From a virus, in IMG/VR virus record IMGVR_UViG_3300028883_000002: a stretch of 64,000 bases of DNA. One strand, 5' to 3'. The notes under the pieces were generated by a model, which saw only the letters and a program-made list of their open reading frames with translations, ran no database searches and had not been told where the DNA came from. Position numbers and translations under genes: made by a program. How positions within the stretch are numbered: the first letter of the stretch is position 1; each line of letters opens with the position of its first letter. This document shows positions 51,150 to 60,812 of the stretch, one piece after another.

Positions 51150-53725
51150 AAATTCTCCATGTAGGACAAGCGGCAAGCCTAGCCCAAAAGTATGGCGGAG
51201 CAGAATACACAGATGCTATGATAATGAAAGCTGGAGTAAAGAGAGGGCATCGTGTCCTTTCGGTAAACCATCGTGGAAAAATGACAGACTGGAATACAGG
51301 TAGCACCCAAAAGATAAACCTGTGGAGGATAATTAGTGCTGCTGAAGTTTGTGATGTTGCGATAGTATGCAATATAGAATGGTTTCTTCCAGAAATAATT
51401 GAGAGGTTTGTTGATACTCTAGTTGGTAGAATTCCGTTTGTTTATCATCCACACCACTTTACTCCATGTATGTATACAGGACTGCCGGATACAACAGAAG
51501 GTCTATGTGACAAAATGTGCAAAGGAAAATATTCGTGCCTAGAAGAGTATAGAGGCCTTTTCTATAAGTACATTCTAATGAATGCATCGAAAGTAATTTG
51601 CTTAAGCCCTCTGCATAGAGAAATGTTCATCAAAGCATATGGCGACGAAATAGACTATGGACACTTTGAGTGCTGCCCCCCTGTAATAGGAGAGGAATTT
51701 TGTAATGAAAAACTGGATAGAATACTAGATACCGTTACTGTAGGTGGTGGAACATTTCAAAAAGGCTTCTTGAATCATATAACATGGGCAAAAGAGAATC
51801 CAGACAGAACTCTTAGCGTGTATGGTAAGGTTCAAAAAATCGGAAAACTTCCAGACAACATTGAGTTGTGCGGAACAACTTCTAACGCTTCTCTACCAAG
51901 CATATTAAACATGTATAGGTCTTTCCTATATCTGCCCCAATGGGAAGAACCATACGGGAGAGTGGTGGCAGAAGCCGCTTTGTGCGGCTGCGAAATGATA
52001 GTAGATAAAGATAAAACAGGGGCATATTCCTATTCTACCCCACCAAAAATGCATCAAATTGACCCAGAAACGGGCAATGGATTTTGGAACCACCTAGAAG
52101 CTATAGCTAATACTCGACTTCCAAAACTGTCGTTCGAAGAAGTTGCAAAGAGTAGCAACATAGAATTTAGCAAAGATAGCATAGATTCATGCAAGGTTGG
52201 GATAGTAACCGCTATGTACAACCAAGCTGAATATACCATTAAGTTTCTGGAAAGTCTTGAAAAAAGTAGCATACCACCAAATACTTTTGTTGTAATAGTT
52301 GATGATAATTCCGACCCAGAAGAACTAGAAAAACTGTGCAGCAGCAAAACATACCAAGAAACCAAGCTAAACGTAGAAATACTAAAGCACACCGAAAACG
52401 AAAGCTGCACTAAATCATGGAATGATGGCATCAATATAGTATTCGAAGTTATGCCAGATGTAGAATATATAGTAATAACCAATAATGATGTTATCTTTCC
52501 AAAGGCATGGTTGTACTATTTAGTAAGGGACCAAAGGATATTTGGTGCTGCAATTGTGGGGCCACTGTCAAACCAGCCGGGTTCAAGGCCTTGCCAAGAA
52601 GTGGGCTTGGTGCTTTCAAATTACAAAGAAAGCGATAAGCCAGAAAATATCGAAGAGACACAAGCTAAACTTGCAGCTTTTAATCTACTGCCAAGAAATG
52701 TATCCGCTGTTAACGGATTTTGCATGTTATTTGAAACTAGTGCCTTAAAAAGGCTACAGAAAAACCCCGGCGAATATTTTGATAATAGTATGGTTACCTA
52801 TGGTAGCGATGATGATATCAACAACAGGGCATTTTTAGCAAGAATGGACATAAGGATAAGTAAAACATCTTTTGTATTTCACTACAAAGCTGTTACTGTT
52901 GAGGATAACCCGCTAGAACACCCCGGCTTATTAAGGATTGGAAAAGATATGAGCAAAACAGTAAGGGCAAAAGGAGTGGTGGATAGCTTTAATACCCTAG
53001 TTAAAACCCTTGATAATAACAAGAGAGTGTTCTTTACTAGATTTGGGGATGCCGATATTCTCATGATGTCCGGCAAACAAATGAAGTCTAGCGGTAATCA
53101 AACAACTAACACACCGGACCTGACAGCCGAAATGAAGGAAGCATTTCAAATAGATGACCCAAGATTTCTTAAGGCTACTAGCACATCATATCCAAAAGAG
53201 CCGGGAATGCAGGACGGCCTGTTTGCGCCTTTTCCTTACAATGCAGAACTAGCTGAAATAGTAAAGAGGTATAACACTTCGGACCAAACGCTATTCGAAA
53301 ACCCTGTAATGTTTCACTATCTCGCCGTGTTTTCGCCAGAGGTATTTCTTACATTTCTAGATAAGTACATTAGGCCCAAGAGAAAACTATTCGTGGGGGC
53401 TTGTTCAAAAGAGAACATGGAAAAAATGTTTGGCAAGATAGACTTCTATGTTAACACTCCCTTGCAAAACTCATATGCAACTATGCACCAATGGTATCCT
53501 CAAGTTCTTGATACAGTTGTTAATGATAAAATTGAATTGGTTATCTTAGCAAGCGGTCAAAGTAGCAGAGCATTACAAGCAAGATTGTGGAACATAGCAG
53601 AAACGTATGCTCTTGATTTTCATAGTATTGACATAGGAAGTGTAGTAGATGCAGTAGAGGGTAATTCTACAAGGACTTGGATTAGACTCGCAGGAGATAA
53701 AGTAAGGAGGTTGTTTGATGGTTAA
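51146..53725 (+). CDS. 859-aa multidomain glycosyltransferase (GT4-like + GT2 + GT-D/DUF1792-like)
   Basis: YGRVVAEAALCGCEMIV (GT-B), VGIVTAMYNQ...VIVDDNSD (GT2), FTRFGDADILMM (GT-D-like). Confidence 0.75.
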   Translation: MKILHVGQAASLAQKYGGAEYTDAMIMKAGVKRGHRVLSVNHRGKMTDWNTGSTQKINLWRIISAAEVCDVAIVCNIEWFLPEIIERFVDTLVGRIPFVYHPHHFTPCMYTGLPDTTEGLCDKMCKGKYSCLEEYRGLFYKYILMNASKVICLSPLHREMFIKAYGDEIDYGHFECCPPVIGEEFCNEKLDRILDTVTVGGGTFQKGFLNHITWAKENPDRTLSVYGKVQKIGKLPDNIELCGTTSNASLPSILNMYRSFLYLPQWEEPYGRVVAEAALCGCEMIVDKDKTGAYSYSTPPKMHQIDPETGNGFWNHLEAIANTRLPKLSFEEVAKSSNIEFSKDSIDSCKVGIVTAMYNQAEYTIKFLESLEKSSIPPNTFVVIVDDNSDPEELEKLCSSKTYQETKLNVEILKHTENESCTKSWNDGINIVFEVMPDVEYIVITNNDVIFPKAWLYYLVRDQRIFGAAIVGPLSNQPGSRPCQEVGLVLSNYKESDKPENIEETQAKLAAFNLLPRNVSAVNGFCMLFETSALKRLQKNPGEYFDNSMVTYGSDDDINNRAFLARMDIRISKTSFVFHYKAVTVEDNPLEHPGLLRIGKDMSKTVRAKGVVDSFNTLVKTLDNNKRVFFTRFGDADILMMSGKQMKSSGNQTTNTPDLTAEMKEAFQIDDPRFLKATSTSYPKEPGMQDGLFAPFPYNAELAEIVKRYNTSDQTLFENPVMFHYLAVFSPEVFLTFLDKYIRPKRKLFVGACSKENMEKMFGKIDFYVNTPLQNSYATMHQWYPQVLDTVVNDKIELVILASGQSSRALQARLWNIAETYALDFHSIDIGSVVDAVEGNSTRTWIRLAGDKVRRLFDG

Positions 53726-54002
53726 GACTAGAGCGTGTGACAAATGCGGGGCAAAAGATAAAGAGCTTAATTGGGTGCATTCCAAATGGCTATGTGCAGA
53801 TTGCGCAGAGAGCAAGGAAGAAACACCTGGCGCAGTTGAAGATTTGAATGAGCTTGACAGGATTATTGAAGAGGGAGAAAAAGAAAATGGGGGAACAGAA
53901 AGTAACAGCGGTAATTCTGAACTGGAAGAGGCCACAGAACATACCGAAGATAATAGAAAGCCTTTTGCCCCATTCCTTCATAGACGAGATAGTGATTCAT
54001 GA
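53718..54002 (+). CDS. zinc-ribbon protein with acidic tail
   Basis: CDKCG...CADC; GGAGG RBS. The 3' end overlaps the next gene by 116 nt. Confidence 0.5.
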   Translation: MVKTRACDKCGAKDKELNWVHSKWLCADCAESKEETPGAVEDLNELDRIIEEGEKENGGTESNSGNSELEEATEHTEDNRKPFAPFLHRRDSDS

Positions 54003-54498
54003 TAATTCAAAGGGCAACAATATAATTAATTACGGTAGATATCTTCACGGAACCCACGACCTGATATATACCCAAGATGATGATTGCATTGTTCATGGCA
54101 TTGAAAACCTATATGCCTCTTTTGTTACAGCGCCAGATAGAATTTCATATGGTGGAACGGAAGGATTACATAACGTAGACCAGCAAAATATTCGCGGTTC
54201 CGCCAAGATGTGTATGGCAGGATGGGGAAGTATGTTCAGTCGCTCTTGGATTTCTGTGTTAGATAAATATATAGAGAGATATGGTATGGACACTTGTTTC
54301 TTTAGGGAGACAGACAGAATTTTTTCTCTATTGCTAAACAAACACCATAATCTTGTTAAAACAGTTAGGATAGAACATCTTGAAGGGGCAGTCGACAAAA
54401 ATGCCCTCGCACTTGAGGCAGACCATTGGAAATCGAAAGCCAAGGCTATTGACCGAGCACTTGGAATTTTGAAGGAGGAAGGAACGTGGTCCTCTTAG
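53887..54498 (+). CDS. GT2-like glycosyltransferase
   Basis: VTAVILNWKRPQN...IVIHDNS...QDDDC. Confidence 0.65.
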   Translation: MGEQKVTAVILNWKRPQNIPKIIESLLPHSFIDEIVIHDNSKGNNIINYGRYLHGTHDLIYTQDDDCIVHGIENLYASFVTAPDRISYGGTEGLHNVDQQNIRGSAKMCMAGWGSMFSRSWISVLDKYIERYGMDTCFFRETDRIFSLLLNKHHNLVKTVRIEHLEGAVDKNALALEADHWKSKAKAIDRALGILKEEGTWSS

Positions 54499-55043
54499 CT
54501 CCTCATAACGATGATGAGGTTCTGTTTGCTTCTGGTATATTAGAAGAGTTTAGGCCAACGGTTGTAATTGTGACGGATGCAATTAGACATTCTGAAAGAT
54601 TAGGCAATCCAGATTTCTGGCTTACCAGAAGAATGGAAAGCTGCAAGGCTGTTCAGATGTACGACTTGCCAATCATCTTCCTTGGTATTCCAGATACAGA
54701 ACTCAATGCAACTAGATTCTGGAACAGAATGAGATTGAGGGTTCCTTGGGGAACGCTAATTGCACCGGATTGGTATTCTGCTAATGAAGACCATAATCTA
54801 ATAGGGGAAACGATTTACAAAAACTGTCCGCTGTCTTTCTTTTATCCTACCTATACGAAAGAACTAGAAACTAAGCCAACGCTTAAAGTAGAAATAGAAT
54901 ATAAGCCTGAAGGGGAACATCGCCAAAAGAAGATTCAAGCTCTTGAGTGTTATGAAACTCAATGGAGAATGAACAAAGCACATTTCGAAGCAGCATTGAA
55001 ACAATCTGAGTATCTGTGCAGGGCTGATATCAAAGATGAATGA
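54486..55043 (+). CDS. PIG-L/LmbE-family deacetylase
   Basis: LAPHNDDEVLF signature; GTG start behind AAGGAGG. Confidence 0.7.
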   Translation: MVLLAPHNDDEVLFASGILEEFRPTVVIVTDAIRHSERLGNPDFWLTRRMESCKAVQMYDLPIIFLGIPDTELNATRFWNRMRLRVPWGTLIAPDWYSANEDHNLIGETIYKNCPLSFFYPTYTKELETKPTLKVEIEYKPEGEHRQKKIQALECYETQWRMNKAHFEAALKQSEYLCRADIKDE

Positions 55044-55614
55044 GAAGGATAAAGCGCACAGAATAGAACTTCTGAATACCTTTCCAAAAAACTCAATTGG
55101 AGCAGAGATAGGTGTGTGGAAAGGTGAAATGTCGGGTTTAATTCTTGAAGTTGTACAGCCAAATATGTTGTACTTAATTGATGTATGGGAATTCGACTTA
55201 CCGAAAGGGTTTGGTCAATTGCCAGAAGGATATGGAGCCAAGAACGCAAAGAAAAACCAAAAAGCAATTGATGAAATCTATATACGAGTATGCTCAAAGT
55301 TTCTCGATAAAAATAATGTAACCATAACCAAAGGATTCTCAAAAGATGTAGCAAAAACACTTGAGGATGAATCTCTGGATTGGGTTTACATAGATGCTAA
55401 CCACGAATATTTTGGCGTGTTAGAAGACTTGACAGAATACTATCCCAAAGTAAAACCGGGAGGAATTGTTTCGGGCCATGATTGGACCTATCCAATAAAA
55501 GAAAAGAGAAATCCTGTACAAGATGCTATAAGAGATTTTTGGTCTTATACAGATGTAAACTTAAGTCAACCAGAACTATTCGGTACAAACTGGAAAATGA
55601 TAAAGGAGAAATAA
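55036..55614 (+). CDS. class I SAM-dependent methyltransferase (Methyltransf_24/TylF-like)
   Basis: GAEIGVWKGEMS...DWVYIDANHEY...PGGIVSGHDW. Confidence 0.7.
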   Translation: MNEKDKAHRIELLNTFPKNSIGAEIGVWKGEMSGLILEVVQPNMLYLIDVWEFDLPKGFGQLPEGYGAKNAKKNQKAIDEIYIRVCSKFLDKNNVTITKGFSKDVAKTLEDESLDWVYIDANHEYFGVLEDLTEYYPKVKPGGIVSGHDWTYPIKEKRNPVQDAIRDFWSYTDVNLSQPELFGTNWKMIKEK

Positions 55615-55850
55615 TGGATGTACTGAAAGAGCTAGGAGCAGAAGACAAGTGGGAAGCGGGAATCCTGTTCATAGACAAGGACGAATCAGTTAAGCCAATT
55701 CATAACAATAAAACCGTTCACTTAGCAATTGTAGATTTCTATGGCAGACCTTCTTGGGTTAAGCTAAGTGATGGCGACCTTATCATAGTTGTTAGGAAAG
55801 GAGATTACAATCTTGACTCCATACGAGCAAGCCAAACGAAATCTGATTGA
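55614..55850 (+). CDS. hypothetical protein
   Basis: TAATG overlap; GGAGAA RBS. Confidence 0.55.
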   Translation: MDVLKELGAEDKWEAGILFIDKDESVKPIHNNKTVHLAIVDFYGRPSWVKLSDGDLIIVVRKGDYNLDSIRASQTKSD

Positions 55851-56379
55851 TTTTTCATCAATCCTAGCTACTCATAAAGTTCCATTCTGCCTGATGGATG
55901 GAACCCTATTGGGGGCATGCAGAGAGAAGGACTTCATAAAGGGTGACGAGAAAGATATTGATACTGCCATTCTAGATTATCATTATGATGTATTTGTCGC
56001 CCAGCTTCTGCCCAAGCTGAGAGAGATTGGTTTTAATGATATTAGGATATACTCAGTAGACGGAACGGTTGAAGGAGTGGCAATGTTCCGTGGTAACAAC
56101 CACATTGATGTAATGCGAATACATATCAAAAACGATTATGCATACAATCTTGCCAAAAGCTTCGGAAGATTTAGGCAACCACATATTGCTTTCAAATATC
56201 CCGTTGAGTGCTTTAGGGAATTTGACGAGATTGAATTCTTAGGAGCTACATACAATACTCCGCATGACCCAGAGAGATATTTAGAAGTAAGGTATGCAGA
56301 TTGGAAAACTCCAGTTGCCCAGAAGGACTACGACTACTTTGACCAAAAACAGGTTCCCTGTCTAAGCTTGGAGTGGTAA
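55813..56379 (+). CDS. licD: LicD-family phosphotransferase (TTG start, uncertain)
   Basis: [29 protein letters not shown] matches the LicD signature. Confidence 0.75.
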   Translation: MTPYEQAKRNLIDFSSILATHKVPFCLMDGTLLGACREKDFIKGDEKDIDTAILDYHYDVFVAQLLPKLREIGFNDIRIYSVDGTVEGVAMFRGNNHIDVMRIHIKNDYAYNLAKSFGRFRQPHIAFKYPVECFREFDEIEFLGATYNTPHDPERYLEVRYADWKTPVAQKDYDYFDQKQVPCLSLEW

Positions 56380-56380
56380 A

Positions 56381-57736
56381 ATGTCGCACGACTCTACGGT
56401 ATACGTCGGAATGGCAGCAGATGTTCTTCATGCAGGACACATAAACATCTTGCGAACAGCAGCGGGATACGGAAGAATAATTGTGGGGCTGTTAAGTGAT
56501 GAAGCTATCGCAAGTTACAAACGCATCCCCTTGATGAATTTTCATCAAAGGCAGGAAGTGGTTAGCAACATTTCAGGCGTGAATGAAGTCATTATTCAGA
56601 AAACACTAGACTATACAGACAACCTGAAGCGGTTAAAACCCGATTATGTTGTTCATGGTGACGATTGGAAAGATGGACCACAGAAGGGAACAAGAGAAAA
56701 AGTAATAGAGTGCCTCAGAGAGTGGGGCGGTAAGTTAATTGAAGTTCCGTATACCAAGGGAATTTCTTCAACTGAGGTAATCAATAGAATCAGAGGAGAA
56801 GGAATATCTCCTGACAAACGCAGGGAATTACTCAGAGATATAATGAGCAAGAAACCTCTCTGTAGATTCATCGAAGCACACAATGGACTAAGTGCTTTGG
56901 TAGCAGAGAATGCTGAATATACAGACGGAGAAATTCGCAGGGAGTTTGATGGTATCTGGGTTGGGAGTTTAGCTCTCTCCACTTCAAAAGGCAAGCCAGA
57001 TACAGGAGTAGTTGACTTCTCTGAGCGATACAAGGCAATCGAAGAAATCATGGAGGTTACTACGAAGCCGATAATCGTAGACGGAGATTCTGGCGGTTCG
57101 TATGACAACTTTGGACACAAGGTCAGAACGCTTGAGCGGCTTGGTGTATCGGGTATCATAATAGAGGACAAGATAGGCGTTAAAAGGAACTCGCTTTTCC
57201 AAGAGGGGGAAGCTGTTCCTCAAACGCAAGACACGATAGAAAACTTCTCAAAGAAAATTCGCGCAGGAGTTCAGGCTCTACTGGACCGCAGGAGCTTCAT
57301 GATAATCGCTAGAATAGAATCTCTTGTGCTAGGCGGTACGGTAGAAGACGCCCTAGAAAGAGCGCAATGGTATTTGAACTCTGGCGCAAGTGCGATAATG
57401 ATACACAGTAAAGATAGGGAAATCGGGAAGTTACTAGATTTTTGCGAAAAATACAATGAAAAAATCTACCTATTGGGCGGACCTTATGAAACTCCGCAGA
57501 AAACAAGAATGCCGCTCGTCATGGTTCCTACTGCTTATGACCATATCAGAGAAGAGGAACTAAAACGATGGGGAGCTAATGTTGTTATATATGCAAACCA
57601 ACTAGTACGAAGTGCTTATCCTGCAATGCTAAGAACAGCAAATCAGATACTAAGGGACCAACAGGCAGAAAGAGCCTGTAACGAAAACTGTATGTCAGTA
57701 AAAGAGTTGCTCACTTTAATACCGGAGGACTATTAA
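56381..57736 (+). CDS. pepM: cytidylyltransferase-phosphoenolpyruvate mutase fusion (PntC-PepM type)
   Basis: N-terminal [11 protein letters not shown] (HxGH). C-terminal [16 protein letters not shown] and the PepM-diagnostic [10 protein letters not shown]. Confidence 0.9.
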   Translation: MSHDSTVYVGMAADVLHAGHINILRTAAGYGRIIVGLLSDEAIASYKRIPLMNFHQRQEVVSNISGVNEVIIQKTLDYTDNLKRLKPDYVVHGDDWKDGPQKGTREKVIECLREWGGKLIEVPYTKGISSTEVINRIRGEGISPDKRRELLRDIMSKKPLCRFIEAHNGLSALVAENAEYTDGEIRREFDGIWVGSLALSTSKGKPDTGVVDFSERYKAIEEIMEVTTKPIIVDGDSGGSYDNFGHKVRTLERLGVSGIIIEDKIGVKRNSLFQEGEAVPQTQDTIENFSKKIRAGVQALLDRRSFMIIARIESLVLGGTVEDALERAQWYLNSGASAIMIHSKDREIGKLLDFCEKYNEKIYLLGGPYETPQKTRMPLVMVPTAYDHIREEELKRWGANVVIYANQLVRSAYPAMLRTANQILRDQQAERACNENCMSVKELLTLIPEDY

Positions 57737-58824
57737 TGTACACAAAGGTTCCACAGTTGGAAAAGGGGTATGCAGATTGGAAAGATGCTCTTTGCGACAT
57801 ATGGAGAAGCCACTCCTGCTTCCAAAGTCCGCTGTATGTGGTTTCCGAAGGTAGCATGAAGAGACTCAAGCTTGGGCCGTTTGCAAGCGAGAACTGGATT
57901 TGGGTTGACTCAAGCGAAAGGGACATGAGGAAGGTATCAAAATTCTATCTTAAAAGAACGCTCGACTTAGATTTTGATACCGTAATTGCAATAGGTGGCG
58001 GATTTACACTAGACGTAGCTAAGTTGATTCTTGCCAGTAAGTGTTTTGATACCTGTTCGGCAGAAGTTATCAAAGACAGAGAAGATATAATCTACAGATA
58101 TTGCCCGTCAATATTCATTCCCACTACTTGTGGGTCTGGTAGTGAAGCTACTCCATATGCAACTGTGTGGGATTTACACAACAAGAGGAAGTTCTCTATT
58201 AGAAGCGAAGATTTAGTTCCAAACTATGCGATACTTGATTCGCATCTTCTTTTGTCTATGCCCCAACAGGTAGCGCACAGTTCAATGATGGATGCAATAG
58301 CACATTGTATTGACTCGTTCTTGAGCGTTAAAAGAACGGAGCAATCCCAGCTATTCGCAAGAGAAGCTCTAAGCGCAATTGTTCCAAAGCTTAATGCAAA
58401 CGACCATACCTACAGAGATGTTCTAGACCTGATGGTAGGAGCATATTACGCAGGAAGAGCAATTGCAATCAGCGAGACTTCTTTGTGCCATGCACTTAGT
58501 TATCCGTTAACACTTCATTATGGGATACCGCACGGTATCGCATGTGGAATGATGTTAGCTACGGCGATAGATTGCCATGCTGCTCTCGATAAATATCTGG
58601 AAAGAATCGTATCTAGAGGAGAATTGAGTTCTAGAATTCTGCTACATTTTGAGGTAATGTTGAAGAAGTGGAATGCATTCCTCAGGGACGAAAATCCAGA
58701 TATTAATTTCCTAGCTAATTGCGCCAGTAATGAGAGGATGAGTAACTACAGCTATATTGACCCAAGAAATGAAAGCGAAGTTTTTGAGGCGGCAAAGGAC
58801 TTTTACAAAAGGGTCTTACGATGA
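57736..58824 (+). CDS. iron-containing alcohol dehydrogenase (candidate phosphonoacetaldehyde reductase)
   Basis: IGGGFTLDVAK, TTCGSGSEATP, MMDAIAHC, CHALSYPLTLHYGIPHG. Confidence 0.8.
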   Translation: MYTKVPQLEKGYADWKDALCDIWRSHSCFQSPLYVVSEGSMKRLKLGPFASENWIWVDSSERDMRKVSKFYLKRTLDLDFDTVIAIGGGFTLDVAKLILASKCFDTCSAEVIKDREDIIYRYCPSIFIPTTCGSGSEATPYATVWDLHNKRKFSIRSEDLVPNYAILDSHLLLSMPQQVAHSSMMDAIAHCIDSFLSVKRTEQSQLFAREALSAIVPKLNANDHTYRDVLDLMVGAYYAGRAIAISETSLCHALSYPLTLHYGIPHGIACGMMLATAIDCHAALDKYLERIVSRGELSSRILLHFEVMLKKWNAFLRDENPDINFLANCASNERMSNYSYIDPRNESEVFEAAKDFYKRVLR

Positions 58825-59225
58825 GAGTTAAAGACCTGTACCATCACGCAAGATATCAATTGGGAATCTCGTTTTTCACAGGCGTACCAGACAGTTTACT
58901 CTCTCCCTTTCTGAAAGAATTAGACAAGGAGATAAGAGAAGGAGGTACATCAACAAAGCACATAATTGCCGCTCACGAATCTCAAGCGGTAGGTATTGCA
59001 GTTGGAGCAATGTTGGCTGGCAGTAACGCGGCTGTATATACCCAGAATTCGGGAGTAGGGAATTTGGTCAATCCGATAGCTAGTCTGTGTTTGCCGTATA
59101 ACTTGCAACCTTGGATAATCATAGGCCACAGGGAAGGGCTACCCCAGCACAGGGTAATGGCAAAGATAGATGATGATATCATGCAGCTTCTAGGTTATAA
59201 AAAGTACCTACTGGTGAAGGAGTAG
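58821..59225 (+). CDS. ppd: phosphonopyruvate decarboxylase, N-terminal (pyrimidine-binding) subunit
   Basis: FFTGVPDSLL...AAHESQAVGIAVGA... ThDP-enzyme N-domain pattern. It lies next to pepM. Confidence 0.75.
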   Translation: MRVKDLYHHARYQLGISFFTGVPDSLLSPFLKELDKEIREGGTSTKHIIAAHESQAVGIAVGAMLAGSNAAVYTQNSGVGNLVNPIASLCLPYNLQPWIIIGHREGLPQHRVMAKIDDDIMQLLGYKKYLLVKE

Positions 59226-59228
59226 AAA

Positions 59229-59723
59229 ATGCCTATGTCGCTAGATGTTGCGCTTTCGTTTATTTTCCTGAAACACATGAAAGAGAGCATAAAGGACGAC
59301 ATAATCTATGTGGTCAGCACAGGCTATCTTTCAAGAGCGGTATACCGAATGCATCCCAAGTGGAAAAACGTTTTCTACATGCAAGGAAGTATGGGACTTG
59401 CTCCTGCCATTGGGCTGGGTATGGCGCTAAAAACAAAGAAGAAGGTTGTTGTCATAACGGGCGATGCAGCACTTCTGATGCACTTGGGAATTACCCATAC
59501 GATTAGGGATGCCGACCTAGACAACCTTTTTGTGTACGTCATTAAAAACGGTTGCCATGAATCTACTGGTGGGCAACCGTGTTCCGAAGTTAAACTGCAT
59601 TATCCCGGTGTTACTGAAGTGCTGAAAGTTGACCCCTTAATTCCACCTAGGATTGATATGAGCTTCAATAAGATTACTGAAAACGTTAAGGATTCGCTAA
59701 ATGCGCTTAAACAAAAAGCTTAA
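59229..59723 (+). CDS. ppd: phosphonopyruvate decarboxylase, C-terminal (diphosphate-binding) subunit
   Basis: GSMGLAPAIGLG...ITGDAALLMHLG...NGCHESTGGQ ThDP motif. Confidence 0.75.
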   Translation: MPMSLDVALSFIFLKHMKESIKDDIIYVVSTGYLSRAVYRMHPKWKNVFYMQGSMGLAPAIGLGMALKTKKKVVVITGDAALLMHLGITHTIRDADLDNLFVYVIKNGCHESTGGQPCSEVKLHYPGVTEVLKVDPLIPPRIDMSFNKITENVKDSLNALKQKA

Positions 59724-60021
59724 GTATCTGTGGTTACCGATTAGGAAAAAGGTTCACCAACAGATAGAACACAAGAAGATGGAAAAGCTAGGACTCACAG
59801 AGAAGTTCCTAGCTATTTCAGCCGTGGTCCAATTCCTAACTACAGAACTGGACCAGATAGAACTAAGAGAGAGCGAATACAAGAAGCTCTTCTTTCATGG
59901 CTGTAGGTACATACTCAGGAACTCAGATATCAATATTCCTAAAGTACCTAAGTTCCTGAGGGGGTTTGTTATTAACCGCATAATCAATGCGGTTTATGAC
60001 TTTACCAAAAAGAACCAATAG
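59701..60021 (+). CDS. hypothetical protein
   Basis: ORF track. This is the last + strand gene. Confidence 0.45.
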   Translation: MRLNKKLKYLWLPIRKKVHQQIEHKKMEKLGLTEKFLAISAVVQFLTTELDQIELRESEYKKLFFHGCRYILRNSDINIPKVPKFLRGFVINRIINAVYDFTKKNQ

Positions 60022-60043
60022 TAAAGAATTGGTCAAAAAGAGC

Positions 60044-60598
60044 TTAGTCGTATTCGTATATAGGGTGGGTCTCAAACCATGCCTCTAGACCTCCATAGAG
60101 GGCCGTAGCGACCCTATCGGGCCATGTTGGGTGCTGGATATGCACCGCATCCTGAAGGTTCGTTAGGAAGCCCCCTTCGACGATTACGGCGGGAATCTGT
60201 AGGGCTTCAGCGTCCTTTAAGACCTTGAGTCCAGACCGCCTCTTAAGGCCTCGCCAAGGTAAGCCAAGCTCGTCCTTTAAAGGCCCCTCTAGGGCCTCTG
60301 CAAGCTTCTTAGATGCCTCCCCGCAGTATAGAAGCTCTCCCCCCCTGGCAGACGAATCTGTGAATGCATTATGGTGGAGAGATATCATTATATCTGGTTT
60401 CCATAATTTGTACATTTCTGCACGATTGCCTAATTGTTCAGCACACACAATCATGCAATCGTAATCTTTATCAGCAAGTCGCATCATTAGAGCGGCAGAA
60501 CAATATGCATTTTCTTTGAATTCGTCTACTCCGTTTGCAGATGCACCTGTACCTATTCCGTGGTGTCCGCACAGAATAGCGATTCGCTTGTTTCGCAT
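60044..60598 (-). CDS. N-acetylmuramoyl-L-alanine amidase (Amidase_3) endolysin
   Basis: ILCGHHGIGTGA...DIMISLHHNA...GGELLY. ORF track trimmed to the ATG behind GGGAGAA. Confidence 0.8.
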   Translation of the reverse strand: MRNKRIAILCGHHGIGTGASANGVDEFKENAYCSAALMMRLADKDYDCMIVCAEQLGNRAEMYKLWKPDIMISLHHNAFTDSSARGGELLYCGEASKKLAEALEGPLKDELGLPWRGLKRRSGLKVLKDAEALQIPAVIVEGGFLTNLQDAVHIQHPTWPDRVATALYGGLEAWFETHPIYEYD

Positions 60599-60599
60599 C

Positions 60600-60803
60600 T
60601 TATTCTCCCGGCGAAGTATCGCCTTCATCTTCGACAACAATGACAATATCTTTGCCCACGAACTCAGAAAGCTTGTCCACGACATCATAAGAGTGATTCA
60701 CCTCGTTGTTTTCGTCTACGAGAAATATAGCTAGCGGAAAATCTCCATCGCCTTCTCTTCTCTTTTCGCGTATTACTCTACCTTTGAAAATAATCTTTTT
60801 CAT
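60600..60803 (-). CDS. hypothetical acidic protein
   Basis: ORF track; GGAGGAAAAA RBS. Confidence 0.6.
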   Translation of the reverse strand: MKKIIFKGRVIREKRREGDGDFPLAIFLVDENNEVNHSYDVVDKLSEFVGKDIVIVVEDEGDTSPGE

Positions 60804-60812
60804 TTTTTCCTC

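Noticed and set aside
53887-54002. Programmed frameshift fusing the zinc-ribbon ORF (53718-54002) to the GT2 gene (53887-54498)
   Set aside because: The GT2 gene has its own GGGAGAA RBS and ATG, and I found no slippery site in the overlap. A simple overlap is more likely.
60014-60033. Bidirectional terminator ACCAAT-agtaaaga-ATTGGT at the convergent junction
   Set aside because: It is only a 6-bp AT-rich stem without a proper T-run on either side, which is too weak to call.
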